From a virus (taxonomy: Duplodnaviria > Caudoviricetes), in IMG/VR virus record IMGVR_UViG_3300035670_000250, positions 1 to 57,193 of that record: 57,193 nt of DNA. The stretch is one strand, 5' to 3'. How positions within the stretch are numbered: the first letter of the stretch is position 1; each line of letters opens with the position of its first letter. The notes below the pieces were generated by a model. The model did no database searches. It was not told the DNA's origin and saw only the letters and a program-made list of their open reading frames with translations. The translations under genes and the position numbers were made by a program. Below are positions 35,987 through 45,223 of this stretch, piece by piece.

Positions 35987-38900
35987 TCACAAGTCGTACT
36001 TGAGATCTGCACCACCTAACCACCCGGTTATTCCCGATGGGTATGAGAAAGAACTTCCTATCAAATATGTGAATGGGATTATTGTCATTGTTCCTGTTCC
36101 TCCTAAAGTGGGAGCACCCAAATCCTTTTCCCATTTCACGTTTGATGGCCAGTTTAGTGTAAGATCGGAACCACCTAAAGTTATGAGTATGAATGATATG
36201 GAATTTCCTGAACTTACTTCACTTGGAGTACCACTGAAACTAAAATATTTAGCTGTTCCTGTGGTTGCATTTGACAAATCCAAGAACTGAAGAGTTCCAT
36301 TTGTTGTGTTTATTTGATAAGAAGTCGAACCAGTGGGACTTCCGTTGTCATACATTTTCTCTTCGAATCTTAAGAAGAACGGTATTTGGTTTATTTGATC
36401 ATATTGTATATCTGAATTATAATAATAGTCTGTCGGGGGGTCAGAAGCGGTGCTACCCAATGCAACACTTGAACTATATGCAAACATTGAAGACAGTCTG
36501 ATTTTCCCCGAAGATAACGTGGTTACATCTTCTGGTGTGTCTATGAATCCTGTTGGTCCTGTGATTCCTTGTCTTCCTTGGTTGCCTTGGAAGCCTTGGA
36601 ATCCTTGGAATCCCTGTGGACCAGTCCCGCCATCTTTTCCTGCTACTCCTGGAGTTCCTGGGAGTCCAATTGGCCCAGTTGGTCCTTGTCTTCCTTGATT
36701 GCCTTGGAAACCTTGAACACCAGTTGGTCCCGTGACTCCTTGTCTTCCTTGGTTGCCTTGGAAACCTTGAACACCAGTTGGTCCTGTGATTCCTTGTCTT
36801 CCTTGATTACCTTGGAATCCTTGGAAGCCTTGAACACCAGTTGGTCCCTTTACGTTTCCAATTTCGACCCCCTGTTGATTGTTTATTTCTACTATTAAAG
36901 TTTCGCCATCTTCATCCAAGTAGAAGAAGAAACTAGATGATGGTCCTTGAGCTCCTTGTAATCCTTGAAGACCTTGGAAACCTTGGAAACCTTGAACACC
37001 CGTTGGTCCAGTGATTCCTTGTCTTCCTTGATTCCCTTGGAAACCTTGAACACCAGCTGGTCCAGTGATTCCTTGTCTTCCTTGATTCCCTTGGAAGCCT
37101 TGAACACCAGCTGGTCCAGTGATTCCTTGTCTTCCTTGATTCCCTTGGAAGCCTTGAGCACCAGTTGGTCCAGTTGATCCCTTAACACTTGATTCCGGAG
37201 TCAAGGAGCCTCCTCCTCTATAAACATATAACTGATCTGTGTCTGTGGTTATGAAAATATCACCTACTTTTACAGTGGTGTCGAGTGATGGATTTGGCAA
37301 ACTACTCGATTTAACTGCTATGGTTTGTGATCCTCTTGCTCCTTCACTACCTGTTCCACCCTTTATATTCCCTTGATATGAGAGAGTGGTTCCTGATCCA
37401 TCCAATTCATAGACATCCCACGACCCCTTTACAATTGATACTCCAAATTCACCACCTTGGAGTTGTGCTAGAGCTTCAGTTGTTGTTTCTGCGGTACTTA
37501 TTGATTTTCCAATTGGCCCCTGAGGCCCCTGAGGCCCTGTAGCACTAAACACATTGACCATAACCCATTGAGAACTATCGTCATCAACAATCCAAGTGAA
37601 TTCACCACCAACATTTGTATTGAACCATTTGGAGCCTGAAGTCACTCCATCTGATTCTTGTGGTGCAGTTGGCCCTATGAAATACTTTCCTGAACCAGCA
37701 GGACCAGTGACTCCTTGGAAACCTTGGAACCCTTGAAATCCTTGGAAGCCTTGGAAGCCTTGAAGACCTTGGAATCCTTGAAGACCTTGGAAACCTTGGA
37801 AACCTTGGAAGCCTTGGAATCCCTGTGGACCAGTCCCGCCGTCTTTTCCTGCTACTCCTGGAGTTCCTGGAAGTCCAATTGGTCCAGTTGGTCCTTGTCT
37901 TCCTTGATTGCCTTGGAAACCTTGTAAGCCTTGGAATCCTTGGAATCCTTGGAATCCTTGGAATCCTTGGAAGCCTTGGAAGCCTTGAACACCAGTTGGT
38001 CCTGTAATTCCTTGTCTTCCTTGATTTCCTTGGAAGCCTTGGAATCCCTGTGGACCAGTCCCACCATCTTTTCCTGCTACTCCTGGAGTTCCTGGAAGTC
38101 CAATTGGTCCAGTTGGTCCAGTTGGTCCTTGTCTTCCTTGATTGCCTTGGAATCCTTGTAAGCCTTGGAATCCTTGGAAGCCTTGGAAGCCTTGGAAGCC
38201 TTGAACACCAGTTGGTCCTGTAATTCCTTGTCTTCCTTGATTTCCTTGGAAGCCTTGGAATCCCTGAAATCCTTGATTTCCAGTTCCACCACCAAGTGGT
38301 CCCTGTGGTCCAGTGGCACTGAAAACATTCACCATGACCCACTGAGAACTATCATCATCAACAATCCAAGTGAACTCACCACCAACATTCGTGTTGAACC
38401 ATTTGGAGCCTGAAGTGACTCCGTCTGATTCTTGTGGTGCAGTTGGCCCTATGAAATACTTTCCTGAACCAGCAGGACCAGTGACTCCTTGAAGACCTTG
38501 ATTTCCTTGGAAGCCTTGGGTGCCGGTTGGTCCCGTGATTCCTTGTCTTCCTTGGTTGCCTTGGAAGCCTTGGAATCCTTGGAATCCCTGTGGACCAGTC
38601 CCACCATCTTTTCCTGCTACTCCTGGAGTTCCTGGAAGTCCAATTGGTCCAGTTGGTCCTTGTCTTCCTTGATTGCCTTGGAAGCCTTGGAAGCCTTGGA
38701 AGCCTTGAAAGCCCTGTGATCCAACTCCAGTTGTAATTTCCACCCAAGAAGATCCAGTGAATCCATAAAATTTAGAATCATCTAGATTGAATACTATGGT
38801 TCCTCTTTGATATTCCTCCGAAGCATCAAGAAGTATTTTAAATTGATTGTCAACAATATCGTAATTGACAATGTCGTTTACTCCCCAACCAGCAGTAGAA

Positions 38901-39112
38901 CCGAATCCCGAGTCTATTGAAGAAAGATTTTGAATTATATAACTACTGCTAGTAGATCCCGTCACTGGAACAAGTAGATCATCCGTTTGTATGCCATTTA
39001 CTTTAAAATTTATATCCGAAGAATCTAGCAGTGAAAAGTATGATTCGTTGCTAAATGATGCTTCTCTTCCAAGTTGTTTAATCTTGTTGATTAGTTCTAT
39101 GAATTGACTCAT
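35987..39112 (-). CDS. Collagen-like fibre protein (1041 aa)
   Basis: Long GFQ/GNQGRQ/GPT triplet tracts, two KWFNTNVGGEFTW modules, C-terminal WPSNVKW...APTL fibre-tip-like domain. Confidence 0.88.
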   Translation of the reverse strand: MSQFIELINKIKQLGREASFSNESYFSLLDSSDINFKVNGIQTDDLLVPVTGSTSSSYIIQNLSSIDSGFGSTAGWGVNDIVNYDIVDNQFKILLDASEEYQRGTIVFNLDDSKFYGFTGSSWVEITTGVGSQGFQGFQGFQGFQGNQGRQGPTGPIGLPGTPGVAGKDGGTGPQGFQGFQGFQGNQGRQGITGPTGTQGFQGNQGLQGVTGPAGSGKYFIGPTAPQESDGVTSGSKWFNTNVGGEFTWIVDDDSSQWVMVNVFSATGPQGPLGGGTGNQGFQGFQGFQGNQGRQGITGPTGVQGFQGFQGFQGFQGLQGFQGNQGRQGPTGPTGPIGLPGTPGVAGKDGGTGPQGFQGFQGNQGRQGITGPTGVQGFQGFQGFQGFQGFQGFQGLQGFQGNQGRQGPTGPIGLPGTPGVAGKDGGTGPQGFQGFQGFQGFQGLQGFQGLQGFQGFQGFQGFQGFQGVTGPAGSGKYFIGPTAPQESDGVTSGSKWFNTNVGGEFTWIVDDDSSQWVMVNVFSATGPQGPQGPIGKSISTAETTTEALAQLQGGEFGVSIVKGSWDVYELDGSGTTLSYQGNIKGGTGSEGARGSQTIAVKSSSLPNPSLDTTVKVGDIFITTDTDQLYVYRGGGSLTPESSVKGSTGPTGAQGFQGNQGRQGITGPAGVQGFQGNQGRQGITGPAGVQGFQGNQGRQGITGPTGVQGFQGFQGLQGLQGAQGPSSSFFFYLDEDGETLIVEINNQQGVEIGNVKGPTGVQGFQGFQGNQGRQGITGPTGVQGFQGNQGRQGVTGPTGVQGFQGNQGRQGPTGPIGLPGTPGVAGKDGGTGPQGFQGFQGFQGNQGRQGITGPTGFIDTPEDVTTLSSGKIRLSSMFAYSSSVALGSTASDPPTDYYYNSDIQYDQINQIPFFLRFEEKMYDNGSPTGSTSYQINTTNGTLQFLDLSNATTGTAKYFSFSGTPSEVSSGNSISFILITLGGSDLTLNWPSNVKWEKDLGAPTLGGTGTMTIIPFTYLIGSSFSYPSGITGWLGGADLKYDL

Positions 39113-42100
39113 GTTACTTCAACCTGAATATTCGAAGCTGTGAATTTATTTGATGATCTATATATTTCATAATTGGTAATATAGCCAAACTCGTTGGTGT
39201 GTGATGCTTCTGATGCTATATTTATGAACCCTCCTCCAAACCCATTTACCTTGAAGGTAGGTGTTCCTGTGTAAGTTGATGGGTAAGCATAATAAATGTA
39301 TTGGTCACTAGCATCCACTTCAAAGGAATGTGACAAATTGGTGTCCAAAACTTTAGAAAGAGAAGTCAGGCCAACAGCGCCCAACGAAGGACTGGAATCT
39401 ACTCCATAATAATTAGGCCTTCTAAACAGAAAATTTAGTGACTTTGTTGCCGTTTCTTCAACACCTGAAGATGCTGTGCTGGATAAAGTGAATGTCACGG
39501 TCGCTGTTGGGTTTGCTGAAGCTGGATATGCAAAAGTCAATCCATTTGCATTCAAACTGGTGTATGGACTTGACAATTCAACTGGAAAATCTTCTGAGCT
39601 GACTCCTGATATGCTTATTGAGGCATAATTTACTTGTGTGATACTTGGCGAATATGTCGCCGAAAAACTGTCTGTTAGAGTATAGGAACCACTTCCTATT
39701 TCTAGTATTTGTTGTGTACTTCCATCGTATAAAAATGTTGATACCTTAAATTGATCAAATATGTCTGTGGTTCTAAGGTAATCAAAAGTCAAAGAACCAT
39801 CGTTTAATAAAAGTGGTATTTTTCTTCCTGATCCACTGACAGATCCAATCGCAGTGTAATTTATAGAGTTTCCTGTTATGGTGTTTGTTTCATAAGTTCT
39901 ATCAAACAGACCATCCCCTGTTTCTCCCTTGGGACCAGTGTTTCCTTGGAAACCCTGAAATCCCTGAAATCCTTGATTTCCAGTTCCACCACCAAGTGGT
40001 CCCTGTGGCCCTGTAGCACTAAACACATTGACCATGACCCATTGGGAACTATCATCATCAACAATCCAAGTGAACTCACCACCGACATTAGTGTTGAACC
40101 ATTTGGAGCCTGAAGTCACTCCATCTGATTCTTGTGGTGCAGTTGGTCCTATAAAATACTTTCCTGAACCAGCAGGACCAGTGACTCCTTGGAAACCTTG
40201 GAACCCTTGAAATCCTTGGAAGCCTTGAACACCAGTTGGTCCTGTGATTCCTTGTCTTCCTTGATTGCCTTGGAAGCCTTGGAACCCCTGAAATCCCTGA
40301 ACACCAGTTGGTCCCTTTACGTTTCCAATTTCGACCCCTGGTTGATTGTTTATTTCTACTATTAAGGTTTGACCATCTTCATCTAAGTAGAAGAAGAAAC
40401 TAGACGATGGTCCTTGAACTCCTTGGAATCCTTGGAGGCCTTGAAGTCCTTGGAATCCTTGGAAACCTTGAAGTCCTTGGAAACCTTGGAAGCCTTGAGT
40501 ACCAGTCGGTCCTGTAATTCCTTGACTTCCCTGATTGCCCTGAAATCCCTGAAATCCTTGATTTCCAGTTCCACCACCAAGTGGTCCCTGTGGCCCAGTT
40601 GCACTGAAGACGTTGACCATGACCCATTGAGAACTATCATCATCAACAATCCAAGTGAACTCACCACCGACATTTGTGTTGAACCATTTGGAACCAGCTG
40701 TGACTCCAGTAACAGGGGGCTCAGAACCTATAAAATAATCATTTTTTGATATTGTTATCTTAGCGGCAGTTCCCCCGCCTTCAAAAGTCCCACCAATTGC
40801 TATTCCATAACCCTCAGCAAATGTTATAAGATTCGTGGTGTATAATGAAATAAATTGATTTGATCCATCTAAATTTCTAGTGGCTACAAATGGCCAAACT
40901 GCTGGACCTTCTGGACCTGTATTTCCTTGAATGCCTTGAAATCCTTGAACACCAGTTGGTCCTGTGATTCCTTGGTTTCCTTGATTGCCTTGGAAGCCTT
41001 GAACACCAGTTGGTCCTGTGATTCCTTGGTTTCCTTGATTGCCTTGGAAGCCTTGAACACCAGTTGGTCCTGTGATTCCTTGGTTTCCTTGATTGCCTTG
41101 GAAGCCTTGAAATCCTGTTGGTCCTGTTATTCCTTGTCTTCCTTGATTTCCTTGGAAGCCTTGGAAGCCTTGGAAGCCTTGAAGTCCCTGAAAACCTTGG
41201 AAACCAGTCGATCCTTCCCCAGCACCAGCTGGTCCCTGTGGCCCAGTTGCACTGAAGACGTTGACCATGACCCACTGAGAACTATCATCATCAACAATCC
41301 AAGTGAACTCACCACCGACATTCGTGTTGAACCATTTGGAACCAGCTGTGACTCCGTCTGATTCTTGTGGTGCAGTTGGTCCTATGAAATATTTTCCTGA
41401 ACCAGCAGGACCAGTGACTCCTTGGAAACCTTGGAATCCTTGAACACCAGTTGGTCCTGTGATTCCTTGTCTTCCTTGATTTCCTTGGAAGCCTTGGAAT
41501 CCTTGGAACCCCTGAAATCCTTGGAAGCCTTGAAGTCCGGTTCCCCCCGATCCAACTCCCAATTCCTCCCAAGAATTGCCGTTGAACCCATAAAATTTGG
41601 AATCGCCTTCATTAAATACAATGGTTCCAGCTTGTTTATTTTCTGGATTTGAAGCATCTAGAAAAACTTGATACTGTGCGGAAGCTCCATTGAACCACAA
41701 AATATCATTGTTTCCCCAATCAGATGTGTTTCCAGTAAAACCAGAATGCAAATCACCGACATTTCTTACAATGTAACGATACCCATCAGTTGTTCCGGGA
41801 TCAAATGTTCCGTCCTCTTGAATTCCCTGAATTCGAAAATCAATATCCGAGGAATCGACAACATGAAAGAAATCACCCGTAGTTATGGTGTTATTTCTAT
41901 TCTTTTGCTTTAAAATATCGATTAATATTGTTGCCATATTTCTTATTTATTTTGATTAACTGACTGTTATCGTGGTCCCCGCTCCCAGACCAGTTTGTGT
42001 ACTTCTGTATATGTGGTATTTTTCCACATAATTGTTTGCGTTCGTGTGTGTTGAACCGCCAAAATCATGAACAGCGTTAAATTCAACCACATTTGTACCG

Positions 42101-43550
42101 AAGAAAAAGTCGGGAGATCCGGCACTATCTTCATATCTTTTCGGAAAAGCAAAAAATATGTATTGTCCTTCCGATGGACTTACTGTGAAACTCGTTGCAT
42201 AATTGTTGTCTAGATAACCAGTGAATAAATCCAAATCTTCTCCATTCACTGACGAAGATGCCGTGACACCATAATAATTATATTGTTTAAATCTTATGTC
42301 AAAATCTGCGGTATCGTTTGAACTACCTGAAGTGACAGAAAGTCTTATAGTTGCAGTGGCAATTCCGTTACTGAAAGAAGTTGGGTAAGATATTCCCGCG
42401 CCACTTGGGAAATTGGTGTCTGTTGCTCCACTCATGTCGAAAGGAAATCCACTGCTTCCCAATGAAGTTACTAAGTTAACGACAGAATTGTCTATAGGAG
42501 AATCTTCAGGAACAAATGTGAATTGAACATTTTTTCCCCCAACGTCAAAGGTTCCTGTTCCGATTAGGTAATCTTTTCCCCCCGAAGTATTATCAAATTT
42601 GAAGGTAGAAACAGTGAAAAGAGGAACCAAATCTGAAGTTCTCATGTAATCAAAAGTTAAAGAACCATCGTTTAATAAAATTGGTATTTTTCTAGCAGAC
42701 CCTGTGACAGTTCCTAGAGTGGAATAATTTATTGTATTTGTTTTTTCTGTTCCTGTTGCATAATTAGTATCGAACAACCCGTTTCCAGTTGGGCCCTGTA
42801 AACCCTGAAACCCTTGAAAACCTTGGAAACCTTGGAAACCAGTTGATCCTTCCCCAGCACCAGCTGGTCCCTGTGGTCCAGTTGCACTGAAGACGTTGAC
42901 CATGACCCACTGAGAACTATCATCATCAACAATCCAAGTGAATTCACCACCAACATTCGTGTTGAACCATTTGGATCCAGCTGTAACTCCATCTGATTCT
43001 TGTGGTGCAGTTGGTCCTATGAAATATTTTCCTGAACCAGCAGGACCAGTGACTCCTTGAAGTCCTTGATTTCCTTGAAAGCCTTGAAGACCTTGGAATC
43101 CTTGAAGACCTTGGAATCCTTGAAGACCTTGGAAACCTTGAAGACCTTGAAGACCTTGGAAGCCTTGGAAGCCTTGGAAGCCTGTTGCTCCCATGATTCC
43201 TTGATTGCCCTGAAAGCCTTGGAATCCCTGATTGCCTTGGAATCCCTGATTGCCTTGGAATCCCTGATTGCCTTGGAATCCCTGATTGCCTTGGAATCCC
43301 TGATTGCCTTGGAATCCTTGGAAACCCTGAAATCCTTGATTTCCAGTTCCACCACCAAGTGGTCCCTGTGGTCCAGTGGCACTGAAGACGTTGACCATGA
43401 CCCATTGGGAACTATCATCATCGACAATCCAAGTGAACTCACCACCGACATTAGTGTTGAACCATTTGGAGCCTGAAGTCACTCCATCTGATTCTTGTGG
43501 TGCAGTTGGTCCTATAAAATACTTTCCTGAACCAGCAGGACCAGTGACTC
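37530..43550. repeat. Dispersed approx. 170-bp coding module, 7 copies across three fibre genes
   Basis: GSGKYFIGPTAPQESDGVT[SA]GSKWFNTNVGGEFTWIVDDDSSQWVMVNVFSATGPQG at approx. 37530-37715, 38303-38490, 40000-40190, 40585-40740 (variant start), 41232-41420, 42868-43058, 43362-43550. Confidence 0.92.
39109..41937 (-). CDS. Collagen-like fibre protein (942 aa)
   Basis: Shared N-domain (DSSDIDF), three KWFNTNVGGEFTW modules, C-domain with YIYYAYP...FKVNGFGGGF...YEIYRS. Confidence 0.88.
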   Translation of the reverse strand: MATILIDILKQKNRNNTITTGDFFHVVDSSDIDFRIQGIQEDGTFDPGTTDGYRYIVRNVGDLHSGFTGNTSDWGNNDILWFNGASAQYQVFLDASNPENKQAGTIVFNEGDSKFYGFNGNSWEELGVGSGGTGLQGFQGFQGFQGFQGFQGNQGRQGITGPTGVQGFQGFQGVTGPAGSGKYFIGPTAPQESDGVTAGSKWFNTNVGGEFTWIVDDDSSQWVMVNVFSATGPQGPAGAGEGSTGFQGFQGLQGFQGFQGFQGNQGRQGITGPTGFQGFQGNQGNQGITGPTGVQGFQGNQGNQGITGPTGVQGFQGNQGNQGITGPTGVQGFQGIQGNTGPEGPAVWPFVATRNLDGSNQFISLYTTNLITFAEGYGIAIGGTFEGGGTAAKITISKNDYFIGSEPPVTGVTAGSKWFNTNVGGEFTWIVDDDSSQWVMVNVFSATGPQGPLGGGTGNQGFQGFQGNQGSQGITGPTGTQGFQGFQGLQGFQGFQGLQGLQGFQGVQGPSSSFFFYLDEDGQTLIVEINNQPGVEIGNVKGPTGVQGFQGFQGFQGNQGRQGITGPTGVQGFQGFQGFQGFQGVTGPAGSGKYFIGPTAPQESDGVTSGSKWFNTNVGGEFTWIVDDDSSQWVMVNVFSATGPQGPLGGGTGNQGFQGFQGFQGNTGPKGETGDGLFDRTYETNTITGNSINYTAIGSVSGSGRKIPLLLNDGSLTFDYLRTTDIFDQFKVSTFLYDGSTQQILEIGSGSYTLTDSFSATYSPSITQVNYASISISGVSSEDFPVELSSPYTSLNANGLTFAYPASANPTATVTFTLSSTASSGVEETATKSLNFLFRRPNYYGVDSSPSLGAVGLTSLSKVLDTNLSHSFEVDASDQYIYYAYPSTYTGTPTFKVNGFGGGFINIASEASHTNEFGYITNYEIYRSSNKFTASNIQVEVT

Positions 43551-43953
43551 CTTGGAAGCCCTGGGAACCAGTTCCGCCAGATCCCACTCCTAGTTCTAAC
43601 CACTGACTCCCATCAAACCCATAAAACTTGGAATCTCCTTCGTTGAATACTATCACTCCACTTTGTTTATTGGATGCATCTAATAAAATTTCGTAGGAGG
43701 TGCCGTTGTAACGAACTATATCGTTGTCACCCCAGTCAGAAGTATTTCCTGTAAAATTTGGATGAAGATTGCTGACATCTCTCAAGATATAACGATAATC
43801 GTTTGTGGTTCCAGGATCTAATGATGCATCCTCTTGAATTCCCTGAACTTTAAAATTGATATCAGATGAATCTAATAGGAAAAAGAAATCAGGAGTATCA
43901 ATGGTGTTACTCCGATTTTGTTGTTTTACTGTACTAATTACTGTTATTGACAT
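41956..43953 (-). CDS. Collagen-like fibre protein (665 aa)
   Basis: Shared N-domain, two KWFNTNVGGEFTW modules, GFQGNQ tract, C-domain paralogous to its neighbours. Confidence 0.88.
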   Translation of the reverse strand: MSITVISTVKQQNRSNTIDTPDFFFLLDSSDINFKVQGIQEDASLDPGTTNDYRYILRDVSNLHPNFTGNTSDWGDNDIVRYNGTSYEILLDASNKQSGVIVFNEGDSKFYGFDGSQWLELGVGSGGTGSQGFQGVTGPAGSGKYFIGPTAPQESDGVTSGSKWFNTNVGGEFTWIVDDDSSQWVMVNVFSATGPQGPLGGGTGNQGFQGFQGFQGNQGFQGNQGFQGNQGFQGNQGFQGNQGFQGFQGNQGIMGATGFQGFQGFQGLQGLQGFQGLQGFQGLQGFQGLQGFQGNQGLQGVTGPAGSGKYFIGPTAPQESDGVTAGSKWFNTNVGGEFTWIVDDDSSQWVMVNVFSATGPQGPAGAGEGSTGFQGFQGFQGFQGLQGPTGNGLFDTNYATGTEKTNTINYSTLGTVTGSARKIPILLNDGSLTFDYMRTSDLVPLFTVSTFKFDNTSGGKDYLIGTGTFDVGGKNVQFTFVPEDSPIDNSVVNLVTSLGSSGFPFDMSGATDTNFPSGAGISYPTSFSNGIATATIRLSVTSGSSNDTADFDIRFKQYNYYGVTASSSVNGEDLDLFTGYLDNNYATSFTVSPSEGQYIFFAFPKRYEDSAGSPDFFFGTNVVEFNAVHDFGGSTHTNANNYVEKYHIYRSTQTGLGAGTTITVS

Positions 43954-43972
43954 TTACTTTTTCCACTTTTTC

Positions 43973-45223
43973 CTAACTCACGACAACCGTTGTGCTTCCC
44001 AAACCAGTTTCGTCTGATCTATATATTCTGTATTTTTCCAAATAATTATTTGCGTTCGCATGTGTTTCGCCGGAACCAGCAACTTCAGCAAAACCCCCAG
44101 CAAATCCACCCACGGTGAAAGTAGCTTCTCCATAATCTTGTGGATATGCGTAATATATGTATTCACCGGAAGAAGCATTTATAGAGAAAGTTTTTACTCT
44201 AGAAGTTAGTAGTTCTTTGCTTCCAAAATTATCGGCGAGATTAATCAAGTCGCCCACTGTTATGCCTGAATTTGCAGTGACACCCCAATAATTATACTGT
44301 CTAAATGATATTGTGTCGGTCGCTGTATCAGAAGAACCATCTGAAGCTGTTGCAGTTATGGTGAATGTTATTGTAGTATTTTTTGAAGCTGGATAATCAA
44401 TGGAAGTGCCATTTGCAGAGATAGATATATACGGAGAAGAAAGGGAAAGGGGGTATCCAGTGTTGGTGGTATCCACACTTATAGAAGCAGCAACAACATT
44501 CAATATAACTGGAGTGTAGGAAGCTGTGAATGTTCTCCCTGTCAAAGACAGTGAACCGGAAGGGGCAATCAAAACCGATGCAGCTCCACTCAAAACAAAA
44601 GAGGAAACAGTGAACGTGTTAAACAAGTCTGTTGTTTTGATATAATCGAAAGTCAATGAACCATCGTCTAATAGAACAGGAAATTTTCTTCCAGTTCCAG
44701 TGACAGTTCCTATTGTATTATAATTTATACTATTTGATATACTAGTTCCAGTGACATAAGTAGCTTCGAATATTCCTGGACCAGTAGCGCCTTGAACACC
44801 AGTTGGTCCAGTGTCTCCTGTTCCTTGAAATCCCTGATAGCCTTGATATCCTTGAAATCCTTGATAACCCTGATTTCCAATAGAACCAGGAACACCGGCG
44901 GGACCAGGAGGACCGACTGAACCAGCTGGACCTGTCGGACCTTGAAATCCTTGAACACCAGTTGGTCCGGTGACTCCACTTCCCGAACCGTCGCCCGACC
45001 CTGCCGGACCTTGAAATCCTTGAAATCCTATTGGACCAGTCGGTCCTGCTACAACTTCAACATCTGGAGTTATGGTCGTGGGGGTTATAGCTGGAACGAA
45101 ATCCGAGGAAGTAAGTGGAATAGCGCCAGTCCCTATGATTTCATAAGGCCTGGTGGTATTACCAGATATTTTGGTGAATACTTGTTGTGGTGTGGGTACA
45201 GTTGTTTTTTTGTTTATTTTCAT
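43973..45223 (-). CDS. Collagen-like fibre protein (416 aa)
   Basis: About 90 aa of Gly-X-Y, then the same C-domain (RKFPVLLDDGSLTFDY...YIYYAYP...YRIYRS). Confidence 0.85.
   Translation of the reverse strand: MKINKKTTVPTPQQVFTKISGNTTRPYEIIGTGAIPLTSSDFVPAITPTTITPDVEVVAGPTGPIGFQGFQGPAGSGDGSGSGVTGPTGVQGFQGPTGPAGSVGPPGPAGVPGSIGNQGYQGFQGYQGYQGFQGTGDTGPTGVQGATGPGIFEATYVTGTSISNSINYNTIGTVTGTGRKFPVLLDDGSLTFDYIKTTDLFNTFTVSSFVLSGAASVLIAPSGSLSLTGRTFTASYTPVILNVVAASISVDTTNTGYPLSLSSPYISISANGTSIDYPASKNTTITFTITATASDGSSDTATDTISFRQYNYWGVTANSGITVGDLINLADNFGSKELLTSRVKTFSINASSGEYIYYAYPQDYGEATFTVGGFAGGFAEVAGSGETHANANNYLEKYRIYRSDETGLGSTTVVVS

Noticed and set aside
37530-43550. Dispersed near-identical repeats as possible diversity-generating retroelement TR/VR pairs or an invertible shufflon
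   Set aside because: Differences checked are synonymous rather than adenine-specific, all copies are in-frame and co-oriented, and no reverse transcriptase or recombinase is in the window.
36450-43606. Many overlapping ORFs with LEALES, PRLPRI or SKASKD repeats
   Set aside because: Alternate-frame and antisense readings of GFQ tracts that happen to lack stops.
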